A stretch of DNA of 64,000 nt from a bacterium (GTDB lineage: Bacteria; RBG-13-66-14), in NCBI GenBank assembly GCA_035528375.1, contig DATKYS010000118.1:7824-71823 (forward strand). The letters are read 5' to 3'. The position numbers were made by a program, and so were the translations under genes. Every line of letters starts with the position of its first letter. Within the stretch, counting starts at the first letter, position 1. A model generated the notes under the pieces. It was given only the letters and a program-made list of their open reading frames with translations. It ran no database searches and was not told the origin of the DNA. This document shows, piece after piece, positions 1-9,994 of this stretch.

Positions 1-201
1 GAGGACACCCGGTCGGTCTCGCGGAAGGGCCTCCGAACGACCCGGAGGCTGGAGGCGGGTCACCGCCTGGCCCCGGGTGATTTAACCGCCAAGCGGCCGG
101 CGGTGGGCCTGGACCCCCGCGGGGTCGAACGCCTGTACGGGAGAAAACTGAAAGGGACGCTGGAGCCGGATCAACCCCTGACCAAAGACGATCTGGAATA
201 A
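1..201 (+). CDS. 3' end of N-acetylneuraminate synthase family gene (NeuB/LegI/PseI-like, SAF domain C-terminus), partial
   Basis: In-frame translation to the TAA at 199-201 reads ...GDLTAKRPAVGLDPRGVERLYGRKLKGTLEPDQPLTKDDLE. This matches the C-terminal SAF/antifreeze-like domain pattern of NeuB-family synthases. Partial only, so weak. Confidence 0.45.
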   Translation, partial: EDTRSVSRKGLRTTRRLEAGHRLAPGDLTAKRPAVGLDPRGVERLYGRKLKGTLEPDQPLTKDDLE

Positions 202-221
202 TCGAAGCCTTTTAAAGAGGG

Positions 222-1046
222 GTGAGCGTGGAGTACGAAATCTACGATACCGCGCCCGATTCGCTGCCCACCGAGGCCATCCGGAAGAGGAGCGTGGCCT
301 CGATCCACCGGCGCTTCGGAAACGCGGACCTCGCCGGTTGGACCATCGCCAACCTGGGGCTGGCCTCGGGGGAAAGGGTCATAGACATCGGCTGCGGGGT
401 GGGGCAAATAACGATCCCGCTCGCCCGGGCGGTGGCGCCGGACGGCCACGCCAAGGGGATAGACAACGAGCCGGACTACGCGGCGGCCTGGGACGCTCTC
501 GAAAAGGACGACCTGCCCGTCTCCTTCGACCTCTGGCGGTGGGAGGCTCCCTGGCCCTGGCCCGACGGCTCCTACGACGCGGCGGTGTCCAACTTCACCC
601 TCACCATCCTGCCCGATCTCGACCTCGCCCTGAGGGAAATCGGGCGTATCCTCCGCCCCAACGGTCGGTTGCTCGTCACCGGTTCCGCCCCCGACGACCA
701 GGCCGAGTTCATGCAGATGCACTGGGAGCTGGTGGGGGAGCACCCCACCGCCGAGATGGCCGCCCGGGGGAGGGACTTGACCGCCGAGGTCCTGCCGCTT
801 TTGGACGAAAGCCTCGGCCCCGGCAAACGGATCGAATTCGCCAACGACCTGAGCTTCCCCCGGCCCCAGGACGTGGCCGAGTTTTACGCGACCGGGAAGC
901 TCTACGGGCTCCTGGCCACCGATTCCCGCACGCGCGACGATCTCTTGGACCTGATTTTCCACGCCGCCGAGGCGCACATCGCCAAGTTCGGCACCTACGT
1001 CGTCAAGCGAAGGCTCCTGGGCGGGCTCTACATCAAGAAGCCCTGA
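222..1046 (+). CDS. class I SAM-dependent methyltransferase
   Basis: 274-aa ORF with glycine-rich SAM-binding motif VIDIGCGVGQITIPLA followed by acidic residue and LRPNGRLLV motif II-like segment. Confidence 0.75.
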   Translation: MSVEYEIYDTAPDSLPTEAIRKRSVASIHRRFGNADLAGWTIANLGLASGERVIDIGCGVGQITIPLARAVAPDGHAKGIDNEPDYAAAWDALEKDDLPVSFDLWRWEAPWPWPDGSYDAAVSNFTLTILPDLDLALREIGRILRPNGRLLVTGSAPDDQAEFMQMHWELVGEHPTAEMAARGRDLTAEVLPLLDESLGPGKRIEFANDLSFPRPQDVAEFYATGKLYGLLATDSRTRDDLLDLIFHAAEAHIAKFGTYVVKRRLLGGLYIKKP

Positions 1047-1047
1047 C

Positions 1048-2205
1048 TTGACGCACCGGCGGATAGCCATCCTCACCGGTTGCCGCTCCGATTACGGCCT
1101 GCTCCGCCCCTTCATCCGGCGGGTGAAGGGGGAACCGGGGGCGGAGCTGGTACTCTATGCGGCGGCCGGTCACCTCTCGCCCTCCCGCGGGATGACGGTG
1201 GAGGAGATACGCCGGGACGGGTTCGAGCCGGTGACCCTGGCCCCCGTGGTCGAGGATGACGACACTCCGGCGGGCATGGCGGAGCTGGCCTCCCGGGTGA
1301 CCGGGGAGCTGGCGCGCCTGTGGATCCGCGACCGGCCGGACTGGCTCGTTGTGCTGGGGGACCGGGTCGAGGTGCTGGGCGCCGCCGTTGCTGCTTGGTA
1401 CTGCCGCGTCCCCCTGGCCCAGTTCCACGCCGGGGACCTGTCACTGGTGGACGACGGGCCCCGGCACGCCGTCAGCCGTCTGGCCCATCTTCTATTCCCC
1501 GCCACCCGGTCCGCGGCCCAGAGGCTGCTCGGATGGGGGGAGGAGGCCTGGAGGGTGCACCCGGTGGGCTCCCTGGCGGCCGACCACGCCCTTTCCAGCC
1601 CACCCCTCGGCCCCGGGAAGCTCCGCGCCCTGGGCGAACGGGTGGGCCTGAACCTGGACGGCGATTTCCTGGTGCTGGTATACCACCCCCTCCCCGGGGA
1701 GCCGGAGAAGACGGCTAAGGGGCTTGCGGCGTGCCTGAAGGCGCTGGACGCCGCCTCGCTCCCCGCCCTCGTCCTCCACCCCAACGCCGACGCCGGGGGA
1801 CGGCCGATCGCCCTGGAACTGGAACGGTGGGTGGGACGTGGGCCGCACCGCGCTCTCCAGGCCAGCCTGGCGCCGGAGTCGTTCACCGAAATCCTGCGCC
1901 GGACGCGGGCCCTCGTGGGCAACTCCTCGGCGGGGCTCATCGAGTGCTCCGTCCTGGGAACGCCGGCAGTCAACGTAGGACCAAGACAGATGGGTCGCGA
2001 GCGCGGGGCCAACGTCCTCGACGCCGACGCGGACTCGGGAGAAGTGCGGGCGGCGCTCGAAAAAATCCTCGCCGAGGCGGGCATCCGCGAACGGCTCCTA
2101 CGGCAGCCCTCCCCTTACGGTGACGGCGGTGCGGCGCCCAGGGCGCTCAAGAAAATATTGGAAACACCGACCGACGATACCCTCCTGGATAAATCGCTGA
2201 GGTGA
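1048..2205 (+). CDS. UDP-N-acetylglucosamine 2-epimerase, hydrolysing type (NeuC/LegG-like)
   Basis: N-terminus RRIAILTGCRSDYGLL, GDRVEVLGAAVAA and HAGD motifs typical of the UDP-GlcNAc 2-epimerase family. TTG start overlaps upstream stop. Confidence 0.7.
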   Translation: MTHRRIAILTGCRSDYGLLRPFIRRVKGEPGAELVLYAAAGHLSPSRGMTVEEIRRDGFEPVTLAPVVEDDDTPAGMAELASRVTGELARLWIRDRPDWLVVLGDRVEVLGAAVAAWYCRVPLAQFHAGDLSLVDDGPRHAVSRLAHLLFPATRSAAQRLLGWGEEAWRVHPVGSLAADHALSSPPLGPGKLRALGERVGLNLDGDFLVLVYHPLPGEPEKTAKGLAACLKALDAASLPALVLHPNADAGGRPIALELERWVGRGPHRALQASLAPESFTEILRRTRALVGNSSAGLIECSVLGTPAVNVGPRQMGRERGANVLDADADSGEVRAALEKILAEAGIRERLLRQPSPYGDGGAAPRALKKILETPTDDTLLDKSLR

Positions 2206-2223
2206 AAACCCGAGAGGTGCGCG

Positions 2224-3846
2224 ATGGCCGGAAAGGAGACAACGGGGGGCGGAACAGGGGATTTAAACCCCTCGTCGAACCCCTTGCCCGTGAACAACCT
2301 CTTCCTATCCCCCACCGACGGGCTGCGTCGGGCGATGGAGGTGATAGACGCCGGACGGTTGGGGATGGCGCTGGTGGTGGATACCGACGGCCGGTTGCTG
2401 GGCACGCTCACCGACGGCGACGTTCGGCGCCACCTGCTCGGGGGAGGCGGCCGGGACGAGAGTGTGGAAAAGCTGTACTGCCGCAAGCCGCTGACGGCGA
2501 CGACGGGGTACGACCGCGCCGGGCTCGCCCGGATCGCCCGGGAACGCGGAATCAAGCTCATCCCCTTCATCGAGGACGGACGGCCTACGCGGCTCCTGAC
2601 CCCGGACGATAGGTCGGGGAAGGACCGGCCGGCGATACTGGGCGGCGCTCCGGCATTCCGGGAGCCCATACCGGTGGCCAGACCCACCCTGCCCAAGTTC
2701 GGGGAGATTTCCGACGAGCTGGAGCGCGTGCTCGCGAGCGGGATCATAACGAACGGTCCGCAGGTGGAGGCCTTCGAGCGGGAAGCGGCGGAGTGGATGG
2801 GGACGGAGCCGGAGAAGGTGGTCGCGGTCTCGAGCTGCACCACGGGGCTGGTCCTGGCACTCTCACGCATCGAAGCGCCCGGCGAGGTGGTGATGCCCAG
2901 CTTCACCTACTTCGCCACGGGGCTCGCGGCGACGTGGAACGCGCTGACACCGGTGTTCGTGGACGCAAGGCCGGACGACTTCAACGTGGACGCGGGGGCG
3001 GTGGAAAGGGCCGTCGTGGATAAAACGAACGGCGTGCCGAACGGCGCGCCGTTGGCCATCGTCGGCGTGTACGTCTTCGGCTGCCCGCCACCGGTCGTCG
3101 AACTGCGCAAGCTGGCCGACGCTCACGGGATACCGCTGATCCTCGACGCCGCACACGCCTTCGGCGCCGGACAGGACGGTACGCCGGCCGGGCGCTTCGG
3201 TGACATCGAAGTCTTCTCCCTCTCGCCCACCAAACCGGTCACCTCCGGGGAGGGCGGCCTGATCGTCTGTCGCGAAGAGGCGACCGCCGCCGACCTCAGG
3301 CGTCGCCGGAACCTCGGCCTCCTGGACTCGGCCACCGATCCCACCCGGGGCTTGAACGGCAGGATGAGCGAGTTCAACGCCGTGCTGGGAAGGGCCTCCC
3401 TGCGACACCTGGAGGAAAACCTCCAGACGCGCCACCGGCTGGTCCAGGTCTACCGCGACGAACTGGGGGACACACCCGGCCTGGGGTTCCAGAAGCTGCC
3501 GTCGGGCGCCGTCTCGACCTTCAAGGACCTCGCCCTCGTCGTGGATTCCGACACGTTGGGGATGACTCGCGACGACCTCGCCGAGGGGCTCGCCGCGGAG
3601 AACATCGGCACCAAGAAGTATTTCTCGCCGCCGCTGCACCTCCAGCGCCGCTTCGCCGGCCTATCCCGGACACAGGGACCGTTGAAGGTCACCGAGAAAC
3701 TCGCGGACGGCGTGCTCTGTCTCCCACTCTACTCCCACCAGGAGGAGGAGGACGTCCGGCGGGTGGCCGCGGCGTTGAAACGTCTCGTTGCGCACGGGGA
3801 AGAGGTCAACCGACGGCTGACCGAGTTACGTAGAGAATGGGAGTAA
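2224..3846 (+). CDS. CBS-domain / DegT-DnrJ-EryC1-StrS family PLP aminotransferase fusion (sugar aminotransferase)
   Basis: N-terminal CBS-like segment (MEVIDAGRLGMALVVDTDGRLLGTLTDGDVRRHLL) followed by DegT-type aminotransferase body (ILDAAHAFGAG, SLSPTKPVTSGEGG). True start is probably downstream of the palindromic element at 2231-2288 (GTG 2290 or ATG 2335). Confidence 0.7.
   Translation: MAGKETTGGGTGDLNPSSNPLPVNNLFLSPTDGLRRAMEVIDAGRLGMALVVDTDGRLLGTLTDGDVRRHLLGGGGRDESVEKLYCRKPLTATTGYDRAGLARIARERGIKLIPFIEDGRPTRLLTPDDRSGKDRPAILGGAPAFREPIPVARPTLPKFGEISDELERVLASGIITNGPQVEAFEREAAEWMGTEPEKVVAVSSCTTGLVLALSRIEAPGEVVMPSFTYFATGLAATWNALTPVFVDARPDDFNVDAGAVERAVVDKTNGVPNGAPLAIVGVYVFGCPPPVVELRKLADAHGIPLILDAAHAFGAGQDGTPAGRFGDIEVFSLSPTKPVTSGEGGLIVCREEATAADLRRRRNLGLLDSATDPTRGLNGRMSEFNAVLGRASLRHLEENLQTRHRLVQVYRDELGDTPGLGFQKLPSGAVSTFKDLALVVDSDTLGMTRDDLAEGLAAENIGTKKYFSPPLHLQRRFAGLSRTQGPLKVTEKLADGVLCLPLYSHQEEEDVRRVAAALKRLVAHGEEVNRRLTELRREWE
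2231..2288. repeat. palindromic element copy A: GAAAGGAGACAA-cgggg..-GGGGATTTAAACCCC-tcgtcg-AACCCCTTGCC at the 5' end of the CBS-aminotransferase gene
   Basis: Same left (GAAAGGAGACAA), core (GGGG(A)TTTAAACCCC) and right (AACCCCTTGCC) blocks as copies B and C. Confidence 0.7.
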
Positions 3847-3862
3847 CCATCAGCCTCTTTGA

Positions 3863-3897
3863 GCCGGAAGCCGGGAGACCGCTTTCGGCCGTTTTTT
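3863..3897 (+). terminator. intra-operon intrinsic terminator/attenuator hairpin (GCCGGAAGC...GCUUUCGGC stem incl. one G-U) followed by TTTTTT
   Basis: 9-bp stem with 9-nt loop then T6 run, located between the aminotransferase stop and the flippase start. Confidence 0.5.
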
Positions 3898-3931
3898 CCC
3901 CCAGGGACCCGTATTCCGGGGAACCCTACGA

Positions 3932-5488
3932 TTGAGGTCGGGATTGCCCACGGGTAAAGTCAAGGCGAGCCACCTCTGGAGCGACACGTTTTGGATGTCC
4001 ACCGCCGGTCTGGTCAGCGCCGGTCTGAGCATCCTGCGCGCCCTCCTTCTGCCGAAAATCATCGCCAATCCGGCACATTACGGGCTGTTCCTCGTCATCA
4101 ATCTCATCGTGGGCTACGGGGCCTACGCCCATCTCGGCGTGACGCTGGGCATCTACCGCCAGATTCCCTACCTGCGGGGGGCGGGGACCCCGGAGGAGGA
4201 AATCGCCGACCTACGAAACGCCTCCCTGGGCTTCATACTCCTGATGGGTCTCGTGGCCGTCATTGCCGCCTTCCTCCTCGGCTGGACCCAGATAGAAGAA
4301 GGCACGCTCCTCGGATTCGCCATCCTTGGCGCAGGAGCGGCCCTGGTCCCCATACGGAATCTGACGGCCATTTTAACGAACTTCTACCAGGCCGAGGGGC
4401 GGTTCCGCTTCCTGGCCATCCTGGAATTCTTCTACTTCCTGTCGTCCGTCGGCCTCAGCCTTCTGGGGGCGCAGCTCTACGGGGTTCTCGGCGCCGCCGG
4501 GGCCCTGATAATCGTGGAAATCGTCTTCGTCGTCATCTACTGGAGCCGAACCGGCTACCCCCGTCGGCTGCGGTTGGTTCCCCGTCTCGACTGGGCGAAA
4601 ATTTTCCGGGTGATGCGCGTCGGGCTGCCGCTGACCATCGTCGTATTCCTCCGTTTTTGCCTGGAAAGCGTGGACAAGCTGTTCATCGCCCGGTTCATCG
4701 GCGGGGTGGACCGGGGTTTTTTAAACCTCGCCGCCACCATCGGTATGCTCGTCATCCTGGTCCCGGGCAAGCTCGGCGTCGTCCTCAACCCGGAACTGGC
4801 CCGCAGCACCGGCGCCGGAGAAATCGGTGAGCTCCGGCGTCGTCTGGTAAGCTACACCGAGGCGGCCGCCTACGTCGGCGCCCTGGTGGCCGGACTGGCG
4901 GTCATGGGTTCGCGGACGGTTTTGGCGGCCTGGCTGCCGAATTACGCCCCGTCCCTGGCGCTCATAGACCTCTACGCGCCCCGGATGGCCTTCTACGCCA
5001 TCATTACCATCGCCGGAAACACCCTCATCAATCTCCTCATCGAACGCCGGCGCGTCGGGCTGTGGATCGGGATGCAGATCGGCATCCTGCTCCTGGCCGT
5101 CTGTGGTTGCACCCTGGCCCTGTTCCGCTTCGGCTCCAGCTGGTCCATCGTGCTGGCGAGCACGGGCGCCATCATCGTGAACTCCCTCATCATCAACCAC
5201 TTCGCCGCGAAAGAGGTGGGGATGAATCTGCGGGAGCGGCTGGGCTTCCTCCTGCGACTCCTCCTGCCTTTGGGCTACGTCGGCGCGCTCGTGGAAGGGT
5301 TGAAGTTTGGATTGACCTACATCGAACACTGGCCGCCCTTTTTACGCCTGATGGCCGGAACCGGTGCCTTTCTCGTCCTCGCGCTGCCCCTCATCGTTTA
5401 CGGTGAGCACCGGTTGGGGCTTTTCAAGATGCTGAAGACCCGGCTCCGTGAACGCCTCTTTCAATCCCGCGGTGAGTTGGATGATTAG
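3932..5488 (+). CDS. polysaccharide/O-unit flippase (Wzx, MOP/MATE-like superfamily)
   Basis: 518-aa polytopic membrane protein with ~12-14 hydrophobic helices. Position inside glycan cluster. Confidence 0.65.
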   Translation: MRSGLPTGKVKASHLWSDTFWMSTAGLVSAGLSILRALLLPKIIANPAHYGLFLVINLIVGYGAYAHLGVTLGIYRQIPYLRGAGTPEEEIADLRNASLGFILLMGLVAVIAAFLLGWTQIEEGTLLGFAILGAGAALVPIRNLTAILTNFYQAEGRFRFLAILEFFYFLSSVGLSLLGAQLYGVLGAAGALIIVEIVFVVIYWSRTGYPRRLRLVPRLDWAKIFRVMRVGLPLTIVVFLRFCLESVDKLFIARFIGGVDRGFLNLAATIGMLVILVPGKLGVVLNPELARSTGAGEIGELRRRLVSYTEAAAYVGALVAGLAVMGSRTVLAAWLPNYAPSLALIDLYAPRMAFYAIITIAGNTLINLLIERRRVGLWIGMQIGILLLAVCGCTLALFRFGSSWSIVLASTGAIIVNSLIINHFAAKEVGMNLRERLGFLLRLLLPLGYVGALVEGLKFGLTYIEHWPPFLRLMAGTGAFLVLALPLIVYGEHRLGLFKMLKTRLRERLFQSRGELDD

Positions 5489-7316
5489 GGCGCCATCTCT
5501 TCTGGGTCTGGCCGGATACGTCTCCCCGAAGGCACTCGAGCGGGAGATTGACCGCCAGAGGCGCATAAATCGCGAACCGACCGTGACGGACCTTCTCCCG
5601 GGCGTGCTCGGCGCGTCGTTGTTGAAGGTCTGCCGGGACAAAGGCGTCACCGTGACGACCTCCGAGGCGATTCTGGGGCGGGAGGGAATACGACGGGTGG
5701 ACGCCGAGTCCAAGGAGCTCACCGACCGCGCGCTCGAGACCCTCGGTCGGGACGACGTGACGCGGGTCATCTGGCACCTCTTCTACTGGTACCGCCTGCG
5801 CCGGGCATGCCTCGGCGCAGCGATTCTGGACTCGGCGCTGACGGAGAGCTTTTACGCGACGACCCTTCTGGGCGGGGAAGAGCTCCTGGCCGGGGTTCTC
5901 GACGAGGTTTGCCGGGGTAAAGGCGTCCGCCTCACCGCGCCCGGCATGGTCCCCACTTCCTTCACCCGCCGCCTGCGGACCTCCCGGGTCGGCGCTGGAC
6001 CGAGCATCACACTGAACGAAGGGCTGGCCCGCTGGCTCAAGCTGGCGGTGTCGCTCCTGCGTTCCTTAGGTAAAAGAGAGAGCCCCACCCCCGTGGATGG
6101 CCTGATTCTGACGACCCTTCCCTCCGAAAGGGCGACCTGGCGGTCCGTATTGGATGGGATACCCGAAGGGTTGCGGGTCGGGCTGGCGACGACATACCGG
6201 GTGAGGCCCCGCGATCTCCCTCCCGCCGTCCGCCGGTACAGCCTCGACGTGCGGGTCCGGTCGAAACGCCTCGACGAATGGATAGGGACCTACCGGAGTT
6301 ACTGGCGGATCGGACCGGAGTTGCCCCAAATCCTGCCCCGCCTGCCGTGGAGGGGGCTGGACCTGGGCGAGTACACCCGGGGCTGGCTCACGAGCGTGAT
6401 TCGGCAGCTCTTCTGGAGGTTGATTCCCCGGGCGTCGGCCCTCGAGGAACTGATCGAAGCGGTGAGGCCGCGGCTGCTCGTCAGCCTTACGGAGCGCAAC
6501 GATCTCGTCAACCTCGCCTTCCGGATGGCCGCCGCGAGGGGGATTCCCACCCTGGCGATCGAATCCCACGACATGGTCTGGGACTCGCCGCTCTTCGGAC
6601 GGGTGGAAGCGGACAGGCTGGCGGTGAGCGGCGCATACTCCGAAAACATTTACGCCAAGAACGGGGTCCCCCGGGAGAAGATGGTCGTCACCGGTCAACC
6701 CTCCTTCGACGGGCTGGTCCGGTACCGTGAAAAAGAGCCCGTTAAAAAAGAGACCGATGAACGCCTGCTGGTCGTCATCACCCAGCCGCCCGACGTCGCA
6801 CTCACCGATGACACGCGCCGAGAGATGCTGCGGGGGGCGTTCCTCGCCGCTCGGGAGATACCCCGGCTTCGGGTTTTAGTCAAACCGCACCCCCGCGAAA
6901 ACCTCGGGGACCTGCGCCTGATTTTGAGTGAACTTGGGGCGCCCCGGGATGCGCTCCTGCCGAAGAAGCTGGATCTATACGGTCTGCTCGCCTCCTCGGA
7001 CGTCATCCTCACGGCCTTCTCCACCGTGGGCGTGGAGGCGATCATGCTGGGGCGGCCGGTGGTGGTCTTCAGGACCGGTGAAGAGCCCCCGGTGCTGCCC
7101 TACGTGGATTCAGAGGCGGTCCTGGGGGCCAAAGACGCGGAGCAGATAGCGGAAAGGATAAAACTGGTAATCGAAGGTGAAGTCATCCATAAGCTGGCCC
7201 AAGGCCGCGACGAATACATCGCCCGCCACGAGTGCGCGGCGGACGGAGGCTCCGGGGCCAGGGTGGTCCGGCTCATCCTCGAGATGCTGAACGGAGAAGG
7301 TCGTGCCGGGATATAG
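5481..7316 (+). CDS. capsule/teichoic-acid-type polysaccharide biosynthesis protein (CDP-glycerol glycerophosphotransferase / KpsC-KpsS-like fold), function uncertain
   Basis: ~610-aa soluble protein. The C-terminal half (VKPHPRE...LLASSDVILTAFSTVGVEAIMLGRPVVVF) resembles TagB/TagF/capsule-synthesis transferases. Start taken at ATG 5481 (8-nt overlap with flippase stop). ATG 5448 is an alternative. Confidence 0.4.
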   Translation: MIRAPSLLGLAGYVSPKALEREIDRQRRINREPTVTDLLPGVLGASLLKVCRDKGVTVTTSEAILGREGIRRVDAESKELTDRALETLGRDDVTRVIWHLFYWYRLRRACLGAAILDSALTESFYATTLLGGEELLAGVLDEVCRGKGVRLTAPGMVPTSFTRRLRTSRVGAGPSITLNEGLARWLKLAVSLLRSLGKRESPTPVDGLILTTLPSERATWRSVLDGIPEGLRVGLATTYRVRPRDLPPAVRRYSLDVRVRSKRLDEWIGTYRSYWRIGPELPQILPRLPWRGLDLGEYTRGWLTSVIRQLFWRLIPRASALEELIEAVRPRLLVSLTERNDLVNLAFRMAAARGIPTLAIESHDMVWDSPLFGRVEADRLAVSGAYSENIYAKNGVPREKMVVTGQPSFDGLVRYREKEPVKKETDERLLVVITQPPDVALTDDTRREMLRGAFLAAREIPRLRVLVKPHPRENLGDLRLILSELGAPRDALLPKKLDLYGLLASSDVILTAFSTVGVEAIMLGRPVVVFRTGEEPPVLPYVDSEAVLGAKDAEQIAERIKLVIEGEVIHKLAQGRDEYIARHECAADGGSGARVVRLILEMLNGEGRAGI

Positions 7317-8514
7317 GGTGCTTTGCATTTCGATACTGATGCCCTACCCACCGGTGGGCGGGGGGGAGAGTAAATTTTTCCACCTCCTGCGCGAGGTTTC
7401 CAGGTTCCACGAGGTGGACCTCCTCCTCTTCCCACACGTCGCGCCCGAGCAAGGGGACATTGAAGGTTTACGCCCCCATGCCCGTAGTATCAGAATCGAA
7501 CCGTTCCGACACCGACCGGACTGCCGGGATAAACTACGCTCCCTCGTAAGTCCATTCCCCCTCCCCTTCTCCTTCTTCCGCAATTCACTCATCCGGGATG
7601 CAGTGAAGCGGGCTCTGAGTGATGGAATATATGATCTCCTGCACGTGGAGGGGTGTTTTCTCGGATACTCTATCGTGGGCCTGAGAACGCCGCCGCGGCT
7701 GATCGTCCCGCACGACGCCTATTACAGAAATTATATGGAGAACCTTAAAATGGCTCCCTGGCGCAAAAAGCCGCCCATTGCCATTGACTTTCTGAAGTTC
7801 CGACGTATCGAGCCGCGTCTGTACGGCTATTACGACGCCGTGGGGATGTGTACCAACCTGGATGCCCAGGCCGTGAAGAAACTGAACCCCGCCCTTCACG
7901 TGGGCGTCGTCTCCAACGGTGCCGACCCCTGTGCCACGGCTCCCGAACCGCATGCCGAGGAATTCCCCAGCCTCGTTTTCAGCGGCTCATTCGATTACCC
8001 CCCCAACGAACTGGCCGCGCTGAGGCTCATGGGGAGGATTGCCCCCCAGCTACGCAGGAGGTGGCCGAAGCTCGCGGTTTTCATCGTCGGAAACCGCCCC
8101 ACCCGACGCATGAAGAGGGCCGCCGCCGGTAATCCCGGGAACGTCATCACCGGTCGGGTGGAATCGGTGTCGGAGTGGATTGCCCGGGGATCGGTGTACT
8201 GCAGCCCTCTATCGTACGGCGTGGGTTTCAAGAACAAGGTGCCGGAGGCCTGGGCCGCCGCCAGACCCCTCGTGGCCACGCCCAAGACCATGGAGGGAAT
8301 CGAGTTCATCCCCGGTCGGGACGCCCTGGTGGCTGAAACCGATGCCGATTTGGTCCGCGCCTGTGCTATGCTTCTGGATGATGCGGACATGCGAAGGAAT
8401 ATCGGGGAATGGGGCAGGAAACGGGTTGACGAACGGTACAACTGGCCGCTTCTGGCCAAAGATCTCCTCGAGCTGTACGACTACGTAGCCGCCCAACCGG
8501 CCAATACGAGATGA
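7303..8514 (+). CDS. glycosyltransferase family 4 (GT-B, retaining)
   Basis: 403 aa. N-terminal PYPPVGGGE loop. C-terminal GT4 domain with VGNRP...GRV...YCSPLSYGVGFKNKVPEAWAAARPLVAT. Confidence 0.7.
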   Translation: MPGYRVLCISILMPYPPVGGGESKFFHLLREVSRFHEVDLLLFPHVAPEQGDIEGLRPHARSIRIEPFRHRPDCRDKLRSLVSPFPLPFSFFRNSLIRDAVKRALSDGIYDLLHVEGCFLGYSIVGLRTPPRLIVPHDAYYRNYMENLKMAPWRKKPPIAIDFLKFRRIEPRLYGYYDAVGMCTNLDAQAVKKLNPALHVGVVSNGADPCATAPEPHAEEFPSLVFSGSFDYPPNELAALRLMGRIAPQLRRRWPKLAVFIVGNRPTRRMKRAAAGNPGNVITGRVESVSEWIARGSVYCSPLSYGVGFKNKVPEAWAAARPLVATPKTMEGIEFIPGRDALVAETDADLVRACAMLLDDADMRRNIGEWGRKRVDERYNWPLLAKDLLELYDYVAAQPANTR

Positions 8515-9944
8515 ATTTTTCGCAACCGGGGATATTCCAAAGGTCCAACGAGAGATGGCTGGAATACGCCCGTCGGCACCGCGATCTCACCGCGTGCGCA
8601 CTGCTGGCGACGGCGTATCTGGTCGTCTGCGTATTTTTACGACTGCCCTACTACTACGTCTGCCTGGGTATAGTGGGCGTCATCGCCCTGGGCATCTCCC
8701 TGAAGTACCCCTTCACCGCGTTTCTCGGTTACATATTCCTCGTCAACTTCCTCCCCTACGGCTACATCGAGTCGAATACCTTCACCCTGGCCAAAATCGG
8801 GGGGGTTCTTCTCGTCGCCGTGACCCTCGCCGTAACGGCGATCAGGACACCGGAGTATGGGCAGCGGCTCAAACGGGCCTTCGACAAGCGGGGCATCGTG
8901 GTCCTCATCCTGATAGCGGCCGGCGCCTTCTCGACCATCATCAGCCACAACCCCCAGTCGGCCTTCGTCGAGCAGCACTTTCAATTCCTGGTCCTCTTCG
9001 TCCTGACGCGCGTGTACGTGGACACGGAGAAACGGTTATGGTGGTTGCTCGTGATCATCCTCCTGGCCCGAGGCATGGATGGCGCGCTGGGGCTGTACCA
9101 GTACATCACGGTACCGGAGGCCGGTAGAATCGCGGGAAATTTTCTCGATCCAAACGAGTACGCCTGCTACTCTGTGGTTGCGCTTCCCATCGCGGTTTAT
9201 CTCGCCCAATACCGGAAGAGCAAAGTAACCTGGGCCTTTTTTATCGCGCTGGGCCTCCTCACGTTCATCGCAGTCATCATCTCCTTCTCCCGCGCCGGTT
9301 TCGTAACTCTGGCGCTCATCCTCCTAGTCATCTTCTTCATACCGGTGATAAAACTGAGAAACCGCTTGATTCTGCTGCTCCTCACCGTCGTGCTCATCAT
9401 CGCGTTCATCCCTTTCGAATACTGGTCGCGGATCGAAACCCTGAACTCCCTCTTCGGGGATGAGGGCACGGATCAGTCCGTGATAATTAGAAAAAGACAG
9501 GTGGACACCTCCATCCGCCTGTTTTTGGAAAATCCGATCCTCGGTGTGGGGTACATGCGGTACCGAACCGCCCCCGAGAAGCTGCTGGGCGGTTACATCA
9601 TCAAACGAGGCCGCACCGGGGAACACTCGACGATGCTCCAGGTCCTCGTCGAGTTCGGCCTGATAGGATTCATCCCCTTCGTCGTTCTGATTATCCTCTC
9701 CTTCTGGTCGGGTATTCGCGCGGTGAAACTCGCCAAGCTGGCCGGTGACCAGGGGATTCGACTCCTGTCCACGGCAACGACGCTCTCCTTCACCTCTTTT
9801 ATAATATTCAGTTTCATGCTGGGAACTTACACCAAATATCTGTATCTCTATCTCGTGCTGCCCATGGTGGCTTACGATATAGCGATCGAAAAGCTGTCGG
9901 GCCCGTTGGCGGAGCGGGAGGTCTTACGAAGAGGACATCGGTAG
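8511..9944 (+). CDS. O-antigen ligase / Wzy-type polymerase family membrane protein
   Basis: 477-aa protein with >10 TM helices and a Wzy_C-like central loop (FSRAGFVTLALILLVIFF...). Start ATG overlaps upstream stop (ATGA). Confidence 0.65.
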   Translation: MNFSQPGIFQRSNERWLEYARRHRDLTACALLATAYLVVCVFLRLPYYYVCLGIVGVIALGISLKYPFTAFLGYIFLVNFLPYGYIESNTFTLAKIGGVLLVAVTLAVTAIRTPEYGQRLKRAFDKRGIVVLILIAAGAFSTIISHNPQSAFVEQHFQFLVLFVLTRVYVDTEKRLWWLLVIILLARGMDGALGLYQYITVPEAGRIAGNFLDPNEYACYSVVALPIAVYLAQYRKSKVTWAFFIALGLLTFIAVIISFSRAGFVTLALILLVIFFIPVIKLRNRLILLLLTVVLIIAFIPFEYWSRIETLNSLFGDEGTDQSVIIRKRQVDTSIRLFLENPILGVGYMRYRTAPEKLLGGYIIKRGRTGEHSTMLQVLVEFGLIGFIPFVVLIILSFWSGIRAVKLAKLAGDQGIRLLSTATTLSFTSFIIFSFMLGTYTKYLYLYLVLPMVAYDIAIEKLSGPLAEREVLRRGHR

Positions 9945-9994
9945 AAGCTTGGCGTGAGCATCCTTCGATTCTTCACGTCATCGGACCCTGGTAT

